A program made the translations under genes and the position numbers. Below the pieces are notes generated by a model, which saw only the letters and a program-made list of their open reading frames with translations, ran no database searches and was not told the origin of the DNA. Shown in pieces: positions 21,451 to 30,236 of a stretch of DNA of 64,000 nt. Source of the stretch: an uncultured Bacilli bacterium (lineage in GTDB: Bacteria > Bacillota_I > Bacilli_A > RF39 > UBA660); the NCBI GenBank assembly GCA_934163035.1, contig CAKPJX010000005.1:1465-65464 (forward strand). Reading direction: 5' to 3'. The stretch's first letter is position 1; each line of letters begins with the position of its first letter.

Positions 21451-21882
21451 ATGCCAACTTGCTATAAAGTAAATGTTTATAAAGTAGTAAATGATAGAAA
21501 CTGTGGTTACAAAGAAAAAAATATTTCAACAGAATATGTTAGAAATTATTTTTTATTTGCCAAAAACTATGATACAGGAGAAAACTATTGTATTTTAGAT
21601 GATACAGAAAATAGTAACTTTGAGGATACTATCCAAGATGAGTTACCTGAAATAGATGATATCTATAATTTTTATGATGAAAATTATTTTGACAAAGCTA
21701 CATGTAATGAGAGACTAGTAATGACTTCATCTGGTATAGATATAGCAGTACCAATAAAATTAATTGGTAAAAAATATATTAAAAAAACAGAATTAATAGA
21801 AAGAAATAAAGGCTTTATTGAAACAGACTTTGATGATATCTTTCATGATGCTGAAAAGCCTAGAGTATTTATAAAGAAATAG
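21451..21882 (+). CDS. Hypothetical protein
   Basis: RBS AAGGAG. N-terminus (CYKVNVYKVV) loosely resembles that of the preceding ORF (YYRVGLYEE). Confidence 0.5.
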   Translation: MPTCYKVNVYKVVNDRNCGYKEKNISTEYVRNYFLFAKNYDTGENYCILDDTENSNFEDTIQDELPEIDDIYNFYDENYFDKATCNERLVMTSSGIDIAVPIKLIGKKYIKKTELIERNKGFIETDFDDIFHDAEKPRVFIKK

Positions 21883-21896
21883 ATTGAGGTTGATGT

Positions 21897-23024
21897 ATGA
21901 ATAGTAATTTAGAAAAAGCAAGAAAAAATTTTTTGCTATATGAAGAAAGTCTAAGCAATTTTGCTACTAAGAGTAATGAAGCTATACGAATAAAAAAAGA
22001 AGAGTCTGATATTAGATCCTCATTTTCAAGAGATACTGATAGAATAATTAACTCACTTAGCTACACTAGATATTTAGATAAGACTCAAGTTTTTTCGTTT
22101 AAAGAAAATGATCATATTTCTAAAAGAATGACTCATGTTCAGCTTGTAAGTAAAATTGCTAGAACAATTGGAAGAGCTCTAAATTTAAATACAGATTTAA
22201 TAGAGGCAATAGCCCTAGGACATGATATTGGTCATACACCATTGGGACATACAGGAGAAGCTATCTTAAATGAAATATCAAAACGTGAATTAAATGAATA
22301 TTTTGCCCATAATATTCAAAGTGTTAGAGAGTTAATGATTGTTGAAAATAATGGCAAAGGGCTAAACCTTACTATTCAAGTTTTAGATGGAATTATGTGT
22401 CATAATGGCGAAATATTAAGTAGTAAATATGAACCTATTCCTAAAACAGTAGAGGAAGTTATATCTAACTATAATCTTGCTTATAAAGATTTAAAACTAG
22501 TAAATAAGATTCCACCAATGACACTAGAAGGATGTATAGTAAGAATAAGTGATATTATTGGTTATATTGGTAGAGATATTGAAGATGCTATCAATATTGG
22601 TATTTTAAAGAAAGAAGACTTACCAAAAGAAATTACTGAAGTACTAGGATCAACCAATAAAGAAATAATTAATACAATTATCTTAGATATAATAGATAAT
22701 AGTATGGATAAACCATATCTAAGATTAAGTGATAATGTTTATAATGCCATATTATTATTAAAAAAATTCAACTATCAATATATTTATAGTAAAAGTCTAA
22801 CTAAAGAAGAAATAGAATATTATCGACTAGGAATGAATAATCTGTATAGAAACTATTTATCAGACATAACTAAGCAAAATAAAGATAGTATAATTTTTAA
22901 AATATTCTTAGACTATCAAGATAAATCATATTTAAAAGAGACTTCTAATGAAAGAAAGGTAATTGACTTTATAGCAGGAATGACAGATGACTTTTTTAAA
23001 GAGGAAATAGAACGATTGAAATAA
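21897..23024 (+). CDS. HD-domain dNTP triphosphohydrolase-like protein (dGTPase family)
   Basis: FSRDTDRIINS, HVQLVS and GHDIGHTPLGHTGE motifs. Confidence 0.75.
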   Translation: MNSNLEKARKNFLLYEESLSNFATKSNEAIRIKKEESDIRSSFSRDTDRIINSLSYTRYLDKTQVFSFKENDHISKRMTHVQLVSKIARTIGRALNLNTDLIEAIALGHDIGHTPLGHTGEAILNEISKRELNEYFAHNIQSVRELMIVENNGKGLNLTIQVLDGIMCHNGEILSSKYEPIPKTVEEVISNYNLAYKDLKLVNKIPPMTLEGCIVRISDIIGYIGRDIEDAINIGILKKEDLPKEITEVLGSTNKEIINTIILDIIDNSMDKPYLRLSDNVYNAILLLKKFNYQYIYSKSLTKEEIEYYRLGMNNLYRNYLSDITKQNKDSIIFKIFLDYQDKSYLKETSNERKVIDFIAGMTDDFFKEEIERLK

Positions 23025-23039
23025 ACAGGAGAAGATACA

Positions 23040-23690
23040 ATGTATATTTTAAGTAACGATGAAAATTATATAAAAGAGTGCATAAAAAGCTATAAAATAT
23101 TAGAGTCTGATAGTGGAGAAGACCTTATTATTATAACATATGGTAGTGGAAAAGAGCATGTTATGAAATATACAAAGGATGCTGAGATTAGCCTATCAAT
23201 TATAATGAATAATCAATATATGGATTCTATCAACAATGGACAAGTATCAGCTACTAAGAGACGCTTTAGTACTTTAAAAAATATAGGTGCTATTGCAATA
23301 ACTACAGGTTTCACTTCGTTCTTTGCTAATCTCTTACCTGGTATAACTAGTAAAGAAGCTGATATATTGCTTCCAATTACTCTAGCTGGTTTTGCTAGTG
23401 GGGCGATTTTGCTTGAAAGATCTAGCAAATTAAGGAGACAAGTAGAGCAAATAAATAAAATAGAATTTATGCTAGAAGAACAAGAGACACTTAAGAATAT
23501 AACACCAACATCAAATACCCTAGATGGTTATCCAGAAGTAAGGCATTCTCTTGAAAAAGGACAAATGCCATTCAGCATAGCTGGACTAGAACAACACAAA
23601 CTTTCAAGAATTGATTTAGAACAGATAGTAAATAGTGCAAAACCCGAACAAGAAAATAAAAAGGCCTACCAATATACGAAACATCGTTAA
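23040..23690 (+). CDS. Hypothetical two-TM membrane protein (paralog of 23752-24444)
   Basis: Shares N-terminal ...GE(D/E)xI(I/V)(I/V)TYG(S/D)G... and a central pair of hydrophobic helices with the next ORF. Confidence 0.55.
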   Translation: MYILSNDENYIKECIKSYKILESDSGEDLIIITYGSGKEHVMKYTKDAEISLSIIMNNQYMDSINNGQVSATKRRFSTLKNIGAIAITTGFTSFFANLLPGITSKEADILLPITLAGFASGAILLERSSKLRRQVEQINKIEFMLEEQETLKNITPTSNTLDGYPEVRHSLEKGQMPFSIAGLEQHKLSRIDLEQIVNSAKPEQENKKAYQYTKHR

Positions 23691-23693
23691 AAC

Positions 23694-23722
23694 TTGACGA
23701 ATTAGCTAAGATATGCTATAAT
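23694..23722 (+). promoter_or_regulatory. Sigma-A type promoter candidate
   Basis: TTGACG, 17 nt spacer, TATAAT preceded by TGC. Confidence 0.55.
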
Positions 23723-23751
23723 TTATCTACTTTTCAAAGGGGGGAATAAAA

Positions 23752-24444
23752 ATGGAAGTATGGGATAAAAAGGATCCAAAGTATATAAAGGGATATAGAA
23801 TAGTTCAACTTGAAAATGGTGAGGAACAAATAGTAGTAACTTATGGTGATGGTGCAACATATAATGTTGACTATTCTAAAGAAATGGCAGAAAAATTAAC
23901 TTACAAAATGGAAACACAATTTACAACTGCTCGTTCTAAAGGAGAAGTTACGAAAACAATGAGTGAATATATGGCTTCAAAATTTATGAGTGGCTTAGGT
24001 GTTAGTGTTGGCATTATATCGACTGTTGCATATAATTTACCCGATAGTATTCGTGAAAATATATTTGATGGAAATGACAATATTCTACTATCAATTATGA
24101 CAGGAGGCTTTGTAAGTGGTATTGCACTTTATACTATAGCTAAATCAAAACAAAAAAGAGTTAATGAAGCAGAACTAATAACAGAAAGAAACAGAAATAG
24201 AGCTCTTCTTGACACTATTGATGAGGATTCACCTGTAATAATGGAATATTCATTTATTTCAGAAAATCAAGAAGAAGGACTAGACCCATTCAGTATACCA
24301 AATATGGAAAACAATGGTGTAGGCCTTGCCGATATGAGAAAAATAATAAAAGTTCAAGGACAAGTTCAATATTTAAATGATCTAGCAACAACAAGCCTTG
24401 ACGACTTAAAAAAAGCCAATAAACAACACCAAAAGCGTCGATAA
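23752..24444 (+). CDS. Hypothetical two-TM membrane protein (paralog of 23040-23690)
   Basis: See 23040-23690. RBS GGGGGG/AAAGGGG. Confidence 0.55.
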   Translation: MEVWDKKDPKYIKGYRIVQLENGEEQIVVTYGDGATYNVDYSKEMAEKLTYKMETQFTTARSKGEVTKTMSEYMASKFMSGLGVSVGIISTVAYNLPDSIRENIFDGNDNILLSIMTGGFVSGIALYTIAKSKQKRVNEAELITERNRNRALLDTIDEDSPVIMEYSFISENQEEGLDPFSIPNMENNGVGLADMRKIIKVQGQVQYLNDLATTSLDDLKKANKQHQKRR

Positions 24445-24473
24445 AAGCTTCATTACTAATAACACTTTTGATA

Positions 24474-24502
24474 TTGCTAAAATGAAAAAAATATGATATA
24501 CT
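24474..24502 (+). promoter_or_regulatory. Sigma-A type promoter candidate for greA
   Basis: TTGCTA, 17 nt spacer, TATACT with an extended TG. Confidence 0.5.
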
Positions 24503-24559
24503 TTGGCAAGTTGAGTTCATACAAGGACTCGTGATTAAACATTATAATGAGGTGATAAA

Positions 24560-25030
24560 ATGGGAAATAAAAACACTGTTTATTTGACCAAAGAAGGATT
24601 GCAAGAATTAAAAGATGAACTTGATAATCTTATCAACGTAAGAAGACCAGAAAATATTATAGCAATAAAGGAAGCTAGATCATTAGGTGATTTATCAGAA
24701 AATGCCGAATATGATGCGGCTCGTAATGAACAGGCCCAAATAGAAGCAAGAATAAAACAATTAGAGAAAATGTTAGAAAATGCTGAAATTATTTCAGAGA
24801 CATCAACTGATCAAGTAGGAATTGGAAATACAGTTTCAATTAAATATGTTGATGACGATGAAGAAGATGAATACAAAATAGTTGGTTCACAAGAAGCCAA
24901 TCCATTTGAAAGCAAAATATCAAATGAAAGCCCAATTGCTAAAGCATTACTTAATCATAAAGTTGGTGACTTAGTTACTGTTGATAGTCCAAATGGATCA
25001 TATGAAGTAGAAATAATCGAAATTAAATAA
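24560..25030 (+). CDS. greA: Transcription elongation factor GreA
   Basis: LTKEGLQELKDEL...GDLSENAEYDAARNEQ coiled-coil signature plus a C-terminal FKBP-like domain. Confidence 0.95.
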   Translation: MGNKNTVYLTKEGLQELKDELDNLINVRRPENIIAIKEARSLGDLSENAEYDAARNEQAQIEARIKQLEKMLENAEIISETSTDQVGIGNTVSIKYVDDDEEDEYKIVGSQEANPFESKISNESPIAKALLNHKVGDLVTVDSPNGSYEVEIIEIK

Positions 25031-25097
25031 AATAAATATAAAACGACAAAATATTTAATAAAGATAGTCTATATTAGTACATGTAGGAGATATATGT

Positions 25098-25742
25098 ATG
25101 AAAAAGGCTATCTTTATTTTTTTATTTATAATATTAATGTCATTTGGAATATCGATAAAAAAGCCAAATAAAAAAGTAACTGTAGTAAACACTAAAAGAA
25201 TAAAAATAGATACAGTAGAAAGTGCTAATCAGGATATTGTAGGCCATATAAAAATACCTAATACTAAAATAGATTATAACCTCGTAAAAACAACAAATAA
25301 TAAATACTATTTAAATCATAATATAAAAAAAGAAATTGATCCCCTAGGAGCTGTTTTTATAGATTATAGAAACAAACTATCAGATAGAAAAATTCTAATA
25401 TATGGTCATAATAGTAAAACAAAAATAGCCCCCTTAAAAGAATTAGGAAACTATCTTGATTACACTTATTTCAAAAATAATAATCTAATCTACTTAAAAT
25501 TAGAAAATAATAATTACATCTATAAAATATTTTCAGTAATATTAATAGATAAAGATAATTATACTTATACCAAATTGAATTATACAACTGATGAATATAT
25601 AAATCATCTAAATTGGTTACAAAACACTTCAATTCATAAAAGTAACGTAGAATTAGAACCGAATTCTCACATCATAATTATTCAAACATGTAACTACTAT
25701 CCTAAAGAATCATTTTTATTAATAAGTGCTAAAAGGAGCTAA
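25098..25742 (+). CDS. srtB: Class B sortase-like transpeptidase
   Basis: N-terminal TM, IVGHIKIPNTKIDYNLVKTTNNKYYLNHN, GAVFIDYRN, ILIYGHN (His), IIIIQTC (Cys), C-terminal SAKR. Confidence 0.75.
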   Translation: MKKAIFIFLFIILMSFGISIKKPNKKVTVVNTKRIKIDTVESANQDIVGHIKIPNTKIDYNLVKTTNNKYYLNHNIKKEIDPLGAVFIDYRNKLSDRKILIYGHNSKTKIAPLKELGNYLDYTYFKNNNLIYLKLENNNYIYKIFSVILIDKDNYTYTKLNYTTDEYINHLNWLQNTSIHKSNVELEPNSHIIIIQTCNYYPKESFLLISAKRS

Positions 25743-25743
25743 T

Positions 25744-26802
25744 ATGAAAAAGAAACTTATATTTAAAATAATAACTATAATACTTTTAATGATCTCTGTA
25801 AAAGTAAATGCTAAAAACTATTCTGATGCTACTATGAAAGAACTATCAAATCAAACATCTTGCTTAGAAGAAGAAATAATTCCAGAATTTACTAACAATA
25901 CTTTAACAGGTATCAATATAATTATTACTATTCCAAAAGATTGCGATGAAGAAGAATTAATAATAGCTCCATCTATATTAGAAGCTATTAAACAATATAG
26001 CAGAATAAACCCAGGAGATAATATAAATATTAATTTAAAAATAGATAATAAATCAAATTATAACTATAACTATATTAGTAATAGCTTTATTCTAAGTACT
26101 GAAAATTTACAAAGATTAGGTATAAAAGAAAATCTAATAGATACAAAAGCCATTGGTTTTGATAGGCAAAAGGTATATGAAATATCAACTATATATAGAA
26201 CAATTAATCTCCCTATAATTTCTCTTTATAACTACAATAATTTATTAGAAGATAAGGACTTATCAGATATAAGTTTGGACAAAAAACTTAAAGAAAAAGG
26301 TTATACCGGTATAAATGAATTAGACAATTACTATCTGGATTTTTATAATACGAAATATAATTTAAATGAAAAAGCTTTATCAGATTTAACTTATTCAACC
26401 ATAAAAGATTTATTTAAAGGAAAGGTAACTACTAATAAAGAAACAAATCCAAACATTATAAAATTATCATATGACTATTTTTATAATAAACTCTTATCAT
26501 TTAATTTTAAAGATCAAGAAGCTAGTGATTACAATAGTGAAGATTATAGTATAGGAACATATATGAGAACAAATCTGGGAAGCAATTATTTAAATGATAA
26601 ATTTATGTATATAAGATCTAATACATATAGTGAAATAGAAAAAATGTCACTTAAGTTAAATAAGGAATATACTACTTCAGCATATAATGATTATAATTAC
26701 TATATACACTTAGAATTTAAGTTAAAAAAAGAAATAGATAAAGTAGTTAATACTTTAAATGATAATGATATTATAATTCCACCAAATACAGGTATTGATT
26801 AA
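25744..26802 (+). CDS. Secreted protein of unknown function ending in PPNTGID
   Basis: Start moved to the ATG after AAGGAG. Signal peptide MKKKLIFKIITIILLMISVKVNA. The C-terminus carries a (S/P)PxTG-like motif but no hydrophobic tail. Confidence 0.6.
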   Translation: MKKKLIFKIITIILLMISVKVNAKNYSDATMKELSNQTSCLEEEIIPEFTNNTLTGINIIITIPKDCDEEELIIAPSILEAIKQYSRINPGDNININLKIDNKSNYNYNYISNSFILSTENLQRLGIKENLIDTKAIGFDRQKVYEISTIYRTINLPIISLYNYNNLLEDKDLSDISLDKKLKEKGYTGINELDNYYLDFYNTKYNLNEKALSDLTYSTIKDLFKGKVTTNKETNPNIIKLSYDYFYNKLLSFNFKDQEASDYNSEDYSIGTYMRTNLGSNYLNDKFMYIRSNTYSEIEKMSLKLNKEYTTSAYNDYNYYIHLEFKLKKEIDKVVNTLNDNDIIIPPNTGID

Positions 26803-26826
26803 ACAAGTTAAATCTTGTTTTTTTTC
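26801..26826 (+). terminator. Rho-independent terminator inside the island
   Basis: AAACAAG / CTTGTTT hairpin overlapping the stop, followed by a T run. Confidence 0.55.
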
Positions 26827-26896
26827 TATAATAATATTCCAATTTATTTTAAAATGCGTTATACTTAAAAAGAATAGAATAATAGGTGGTGAGATA

Positions 26897-28450
26897 ATGG
26901 TTATAAAAAGTCCATATTCTTTTTTAATAAAAAACTTTAGAAAAGTCCATATTGCTTTATTATTAATTAGTATATATGTATACATAAAAACCATGAGTGT
27001 ATATTCTTTTGTTAAACAATTTTTATCTTTAGGTACATATGACTATTATAGTGAATCAATATCTAAATATGTATCACCATTACTTTGTATAGCAACAGTC
27101 ATAATTATAGTTGCAACTACGACAATTCTATTACTCTTAAAGCATAAAGAAAAGCCATGGAAACTATATTTAATCCCTATAGCCAACTATGCTCTATTAT
27201 TTGTAACTTTTTTAGTTATATCAAATTTCTTTAATGCATACACTGGTCAAACAGAAACAGCAGCCGCAAGAGCAATGCGTGATTTCCTAGTTTTAACAAC
27301 ACTACCTCAATATGCTTTCTTTGTTATTTTAATAATTCGTATATTAGGAATAGATTTAAAAAAATTTAACTTTAAAGCAGACCAAGAATTTTTAGAATTA
27401 ACACCTGAAGATAAAAAAGAATTTGAAATTAATATTGAGATAGATAAAGAAAGTTATAAACGTCTTTTTAAACGTCTACTTAGAAATTTAAGTTATTTGT
27501 ATCAAGAACATAAAAAAATAGCTAATACCATCATGGTTATACTTGGAGTAGTAGTTTTATATAATAGTTATAAATTTATCTTTATAACAAATAAGACATA
27601 TAAAACAGGAGATACATTCCAAAATAGTGGCTATGAAATTACAATAAATAACTCTTACTATACAGATAAAGATTATAAAGGAGATATAGTTGATAAAAAT
27701 AAAAACTTTATAATTGTAGATGTCACTATAAAAAATAATTCTAATAAAAGAAAAATAAATTTTAATAGATTTCACATTATAAATGGAATAAAAAACTATA
27801 CACCAACTTCTAAAACTTATGAAACATATTTCCAAGATTTAGGTAATGCCTATGAGGAAAAAACTATTGCTAAACTAGAAACTTATAGAACACTTTTAAT
27901 ATATAAAGTAGATAAAGAATTATCAAAAAATAGATTTGTAATGTATTATCAAGAATTAAATGGTAACAGTAATCACTTAAGAAAAATTAAACTTAAAACT
28001 ATAGACTTATCAAAAATAAATACACAAAAAAGCAAATTATTAACTGAGAAAATAAATTTAAAGATTAATGGTGTAGAGGAAAATATTATCTTTGATAATT
28101 TAAGCTTTGTTAGTAGTACTACATATTCTAAAAAAACATGCGATGCAGGAGACTGTTATCCTAAAGATGCAGAATTTACTATTTCTCCTAAGTATAAAAT
28201 TATAAAAATGGACTTTGTATCTGACGAAACAGATGGCAAAGACATGATTGACTTTTTATCTAAATATGGTAAAATTAATTATATAGATAGTAAAGGTAAG
28301 AAAAAGGCTTTAAACATAGAGAATGCAGTAGAAAAATCATATTATGGAAAATATGTTTATATAAAAGCTCCAGAAAATATTAGTAAAGCAAAAAAAATAT
28401 ATTTAGACATAACCATTAGAAATAATAAGTACCGATACAGGCTAAAATAA
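26897..28450 (+). CDS. Polytopic membrane protein with a large extracytoplasmic C-terminal domain, function unknown
   Basis: Start moved to the ATG at 26897 after GGTGGTGAG. About 5 hydrophobic helices, then a beta-rich region (FIIVDVTIKNNSNKR...). Confidence 0.6.
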   Translation: MVIKSPYSFLIKNFRKVHIALLLISIYVYIKTMSVYSFVKQFLSLGTYDYYSESISKYVSPLLCIATVIIIVATTTILLLLKHKEKPWKLYLIPIANYALLFVTFLVISNFFNAYTGQTETAAARAMRDFLVLTTLPQYAFFVILIIRILGIDLKKFNFKADQEFLELTPEDKKEFEINIEIDKESYKRLFKRLLRNLSYLYQEHKKIANTIMVILGVVVLYNSYKFIFITNKTYKTGDTFQNSGYEITINNSYYTDKDYKGDIVDKNKNFIIVDVTIKNNSNKRKINFNRFHIINGIKNYTPTSKTYETYFQDLGNAYEEKTIAKLETYRTLLIYKVDKELSKNRFVMYYQELNGNSNHLRKIKLKTIDLSKINTQKSKLLTEKINLKINGVEENIIFDNLSFVSSTTYSKKTCDAGDCYPKDAEFTISPKYKIIKMDFVSDETDGKDMIDFLSKYGKINYIDSKGKKKALNIENAVEKSYYGKYVYIKAPENISKAKKIYLDITIRNNKYRYRLK

Positions 28451-28461
28451 GGAGAATTGAT

Positions 28462-30228
28462 ATGGATAATAATAAGTTAAAAAGAAAAATTAAATTACTA
28501 ATCACCTTAGCTATAGTAGCAGTATTTGTCTGGTTTGTTATCTTAGGACCAAAACTTAGTTTTAGATCAGATGAAAAAATGATGGAAGAAGCAGCTAAGA
28601 GATATTATGAAATAAATTCTGATAAACTTCCAACTGGTACAAGAATAAAAACTTTAACATTACAAGATTTATATAAAGGTGGTTTCCTTGAGAAAGACAT
28701 TTATCTACCATACAGTAAAGAGCCTTGTTCATTAACAGAAAGCTGGGTAAAAACAAGACAAGAAAATGGTAGTTATAAATATTATGTTTATCTACAATGC
28801 GGAGCACTAAAGTCAAATGTTGATCATACAGGACCAGTAATTATATTAAATGGTGAAGATGAGATAACAATTAATAAAGATGATAAATATGAAGAATTAG
28901 GTGTAAAGAAAGTTACTGACAATCAAGATGGAACAATTGATGTAAATAAAGTAACTATAGATTCATCAAAAGTCAATACTAATAAAAATGGTACTTATGA
29001 AGTTACTTACACAATATCAGATAGTTTTAATAATAAAACAGTAAAAACAAGAAAAGTAAACGTTATTGAAACAATATCTAATGTTGTAGATAAAAATACT
29101 AAAGGCGGAATTTATCAAGGTGAAGTTGAAAATAATTATATAATGCTATCAGGAATAAAATATAGAATTATTGGACGTGATGCAAATAGTAATATAAAAA
29201 TAGTAACTGATAGAGATATATCAAATGTTAACTATAATGGTATAGATAAATGGTTAGATTACTTTTATGATAATATGCCTAGTGAAGCAAAGAAATATAT
29301 AGTAAAGAGTAACTATTGCAATGACACAGTAAAAAAAGCAAAAGCAGATACTTATAAATCATGTGAAAGTACTAAAAACAAAAATGTATATATTTTATCA
29401 CTAAAAGAGATTAATGAAAGTACAAATGAGGATGGTTATAGTTACTTATATCCAGCAACAATAAGCTGGCTATCCAATCCATCTGGTGATAAGACAGCAC
29501 TTACAACAAGAAATTGGTTCAATGGTACTACTAGTAAATTCTATGAGTTTGATAAAAAATATAATTTTGGTGTTAGACCAGTTGTTACTATAAAAGGTGA
29601 TTCCTTAATTAAAGGTGGAAATGGTAGTGAAGATAATCCATATACCTTCAAAGAAACAAAAACAGGTAAAGCAGATGAATTATTAAATACTAGACATTCA
29701 GGAGAATATATATCATACTCAAATACAACATTTAGAATAGTTGAAATTGCTAGCGATAGTACTATTAAAGTTGTATCAACAGATGCAATTTTAGAAAATA
29801 TACAAAGTAATGGTACTAGTATCTATAATCCTAAACAAAAAAATAATATAGGATATATTATTAATCAACAAATAAACAGTAAAATAAATACTAAATATTT
29901 TGTAAATAAAGAAATAGAAGTACCAGTGTATAAAAATATATCTAGTTATAAAAAAGAAGAGAAAACTAATAAATATAAAGTAAAAGTTGCAGCTCCAAAC
30001 ATGTATGATATGTTTTCAGCAATGGATACAGGTCATGGATATTGGTTACTTAATTCTTCTCAAAATAAAGCTGTAAAAAATATTGTTTCAGATATAGGTG
30101 TTATCTATTACAGCGAAATGGAGCAAGATATTTCAAGTGGAGCAAGAATTGTAGGTTACTTAAATGCCAAATGTAAAATTGTTACAGGTAGTGGAACAGA
30201 AAATGATCCATATAGAATAACGAAATAG
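28462..30228 (+). CDS. Membrane-anchored extracellular protein: ComGC-like head, Ig-like domain, C-terminal domain ending GSGTENDPYRITK. Paralog of 52220-53437.
   Basis: N-terminal TM LLITLAIVAVFVWFVILG. LPTGTRIKTLTLQDLYKGGFLEKD...C...C resembles pilin-type head domains. DHTGPVIILNGEDEITI...YEVTYTISD is Ig-like. Confidence 0.6.
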   Translation: MDNNKLKRKIKLLITLAIVAVFVWFVILGPKLSFRSDEKMMEEAAKRYYEINSDKLPTGTRIKTLTLQDLYKGGFLEKDIYLPYSKEPCSLTESWVKTRQENGSYKYYVYLQCGALKSNVDHTGPVIILNGEDEITINKDDKYEELGVKKVTDNQDGTIDVNKVTIDSSKVNTNKNGTYEVTYTISDSFNNKTVKTRKVNVIETISNVVDKNTKGGIYQGEVENNYIMLSGIKYRIIGRDANSNIKIVTDRDISNVNYNGIDKWLDYFYDNMPSEAKKYIVKSNYCNDTVKKAKADTYKSCESTKNKNVYILSLKEINESTNEDGYSYLYPATISWLSNPSGDKTALTTRNWFNGTTSKFYEFDKKYNFGVRPVVTIKGDSLIKGGNGSEDNPYTFKETKTGKADELLNTRHSGEYISYSNTTFRIVEIASDSTIKVVSTDAILENIQSNGTSIYNPKQKNNIGYIINQQINSKINTKYFVNKEIEVPVYKNISSYKKEEKTNKYKVKVAAPNMYDMFSAMDTGHGYWLLNSSQNKAVKNIVSDIGVIYYSEMEQDISSGARIVGYLNAKCKIVTGSGTENDPYRITK

Positions 30229-30236
30229 GAGTAAAT

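Noticed and set aside
21897-23024. The HD-domain dGTPase-like gene as an anti-phage dNTP-depletion defence system.
   Set aside because: There are no neighbouring defence or mobile-element genes. Such genes are common housekeeping genes in low-GC Gram-positives, and nothing in the sequence separates the two roles.
25031-25097. Search for direct repeats or att-like sites flanking the island. Left flank 25031-25097 was compared with right flank 53438-53493, and they share AGTCTATA.
   Set aside because: An 8-nt match in very AT-rich intergenic DNA is expected by chance, and on the right side it forms part of a terminator stem. There is no tRNA or integrase to anchor an att site.
26795-26896. The frame following PPNTG encodes SCFFSIIIFQFILKCVILKKNR, which is hydrophobic followed by basic residues. 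With a +1 shift this would look like a complete sortase sorting signal.
   Set aside because: The shifted frame has no stop and runs straight into the next gene. The T-rich hairpin plus T run (a terminator) explains the hydrophobic codons. The next gene has its own RBS and ATG at 26897. It would only become credible if resequencing or orthologs showed an indel here.
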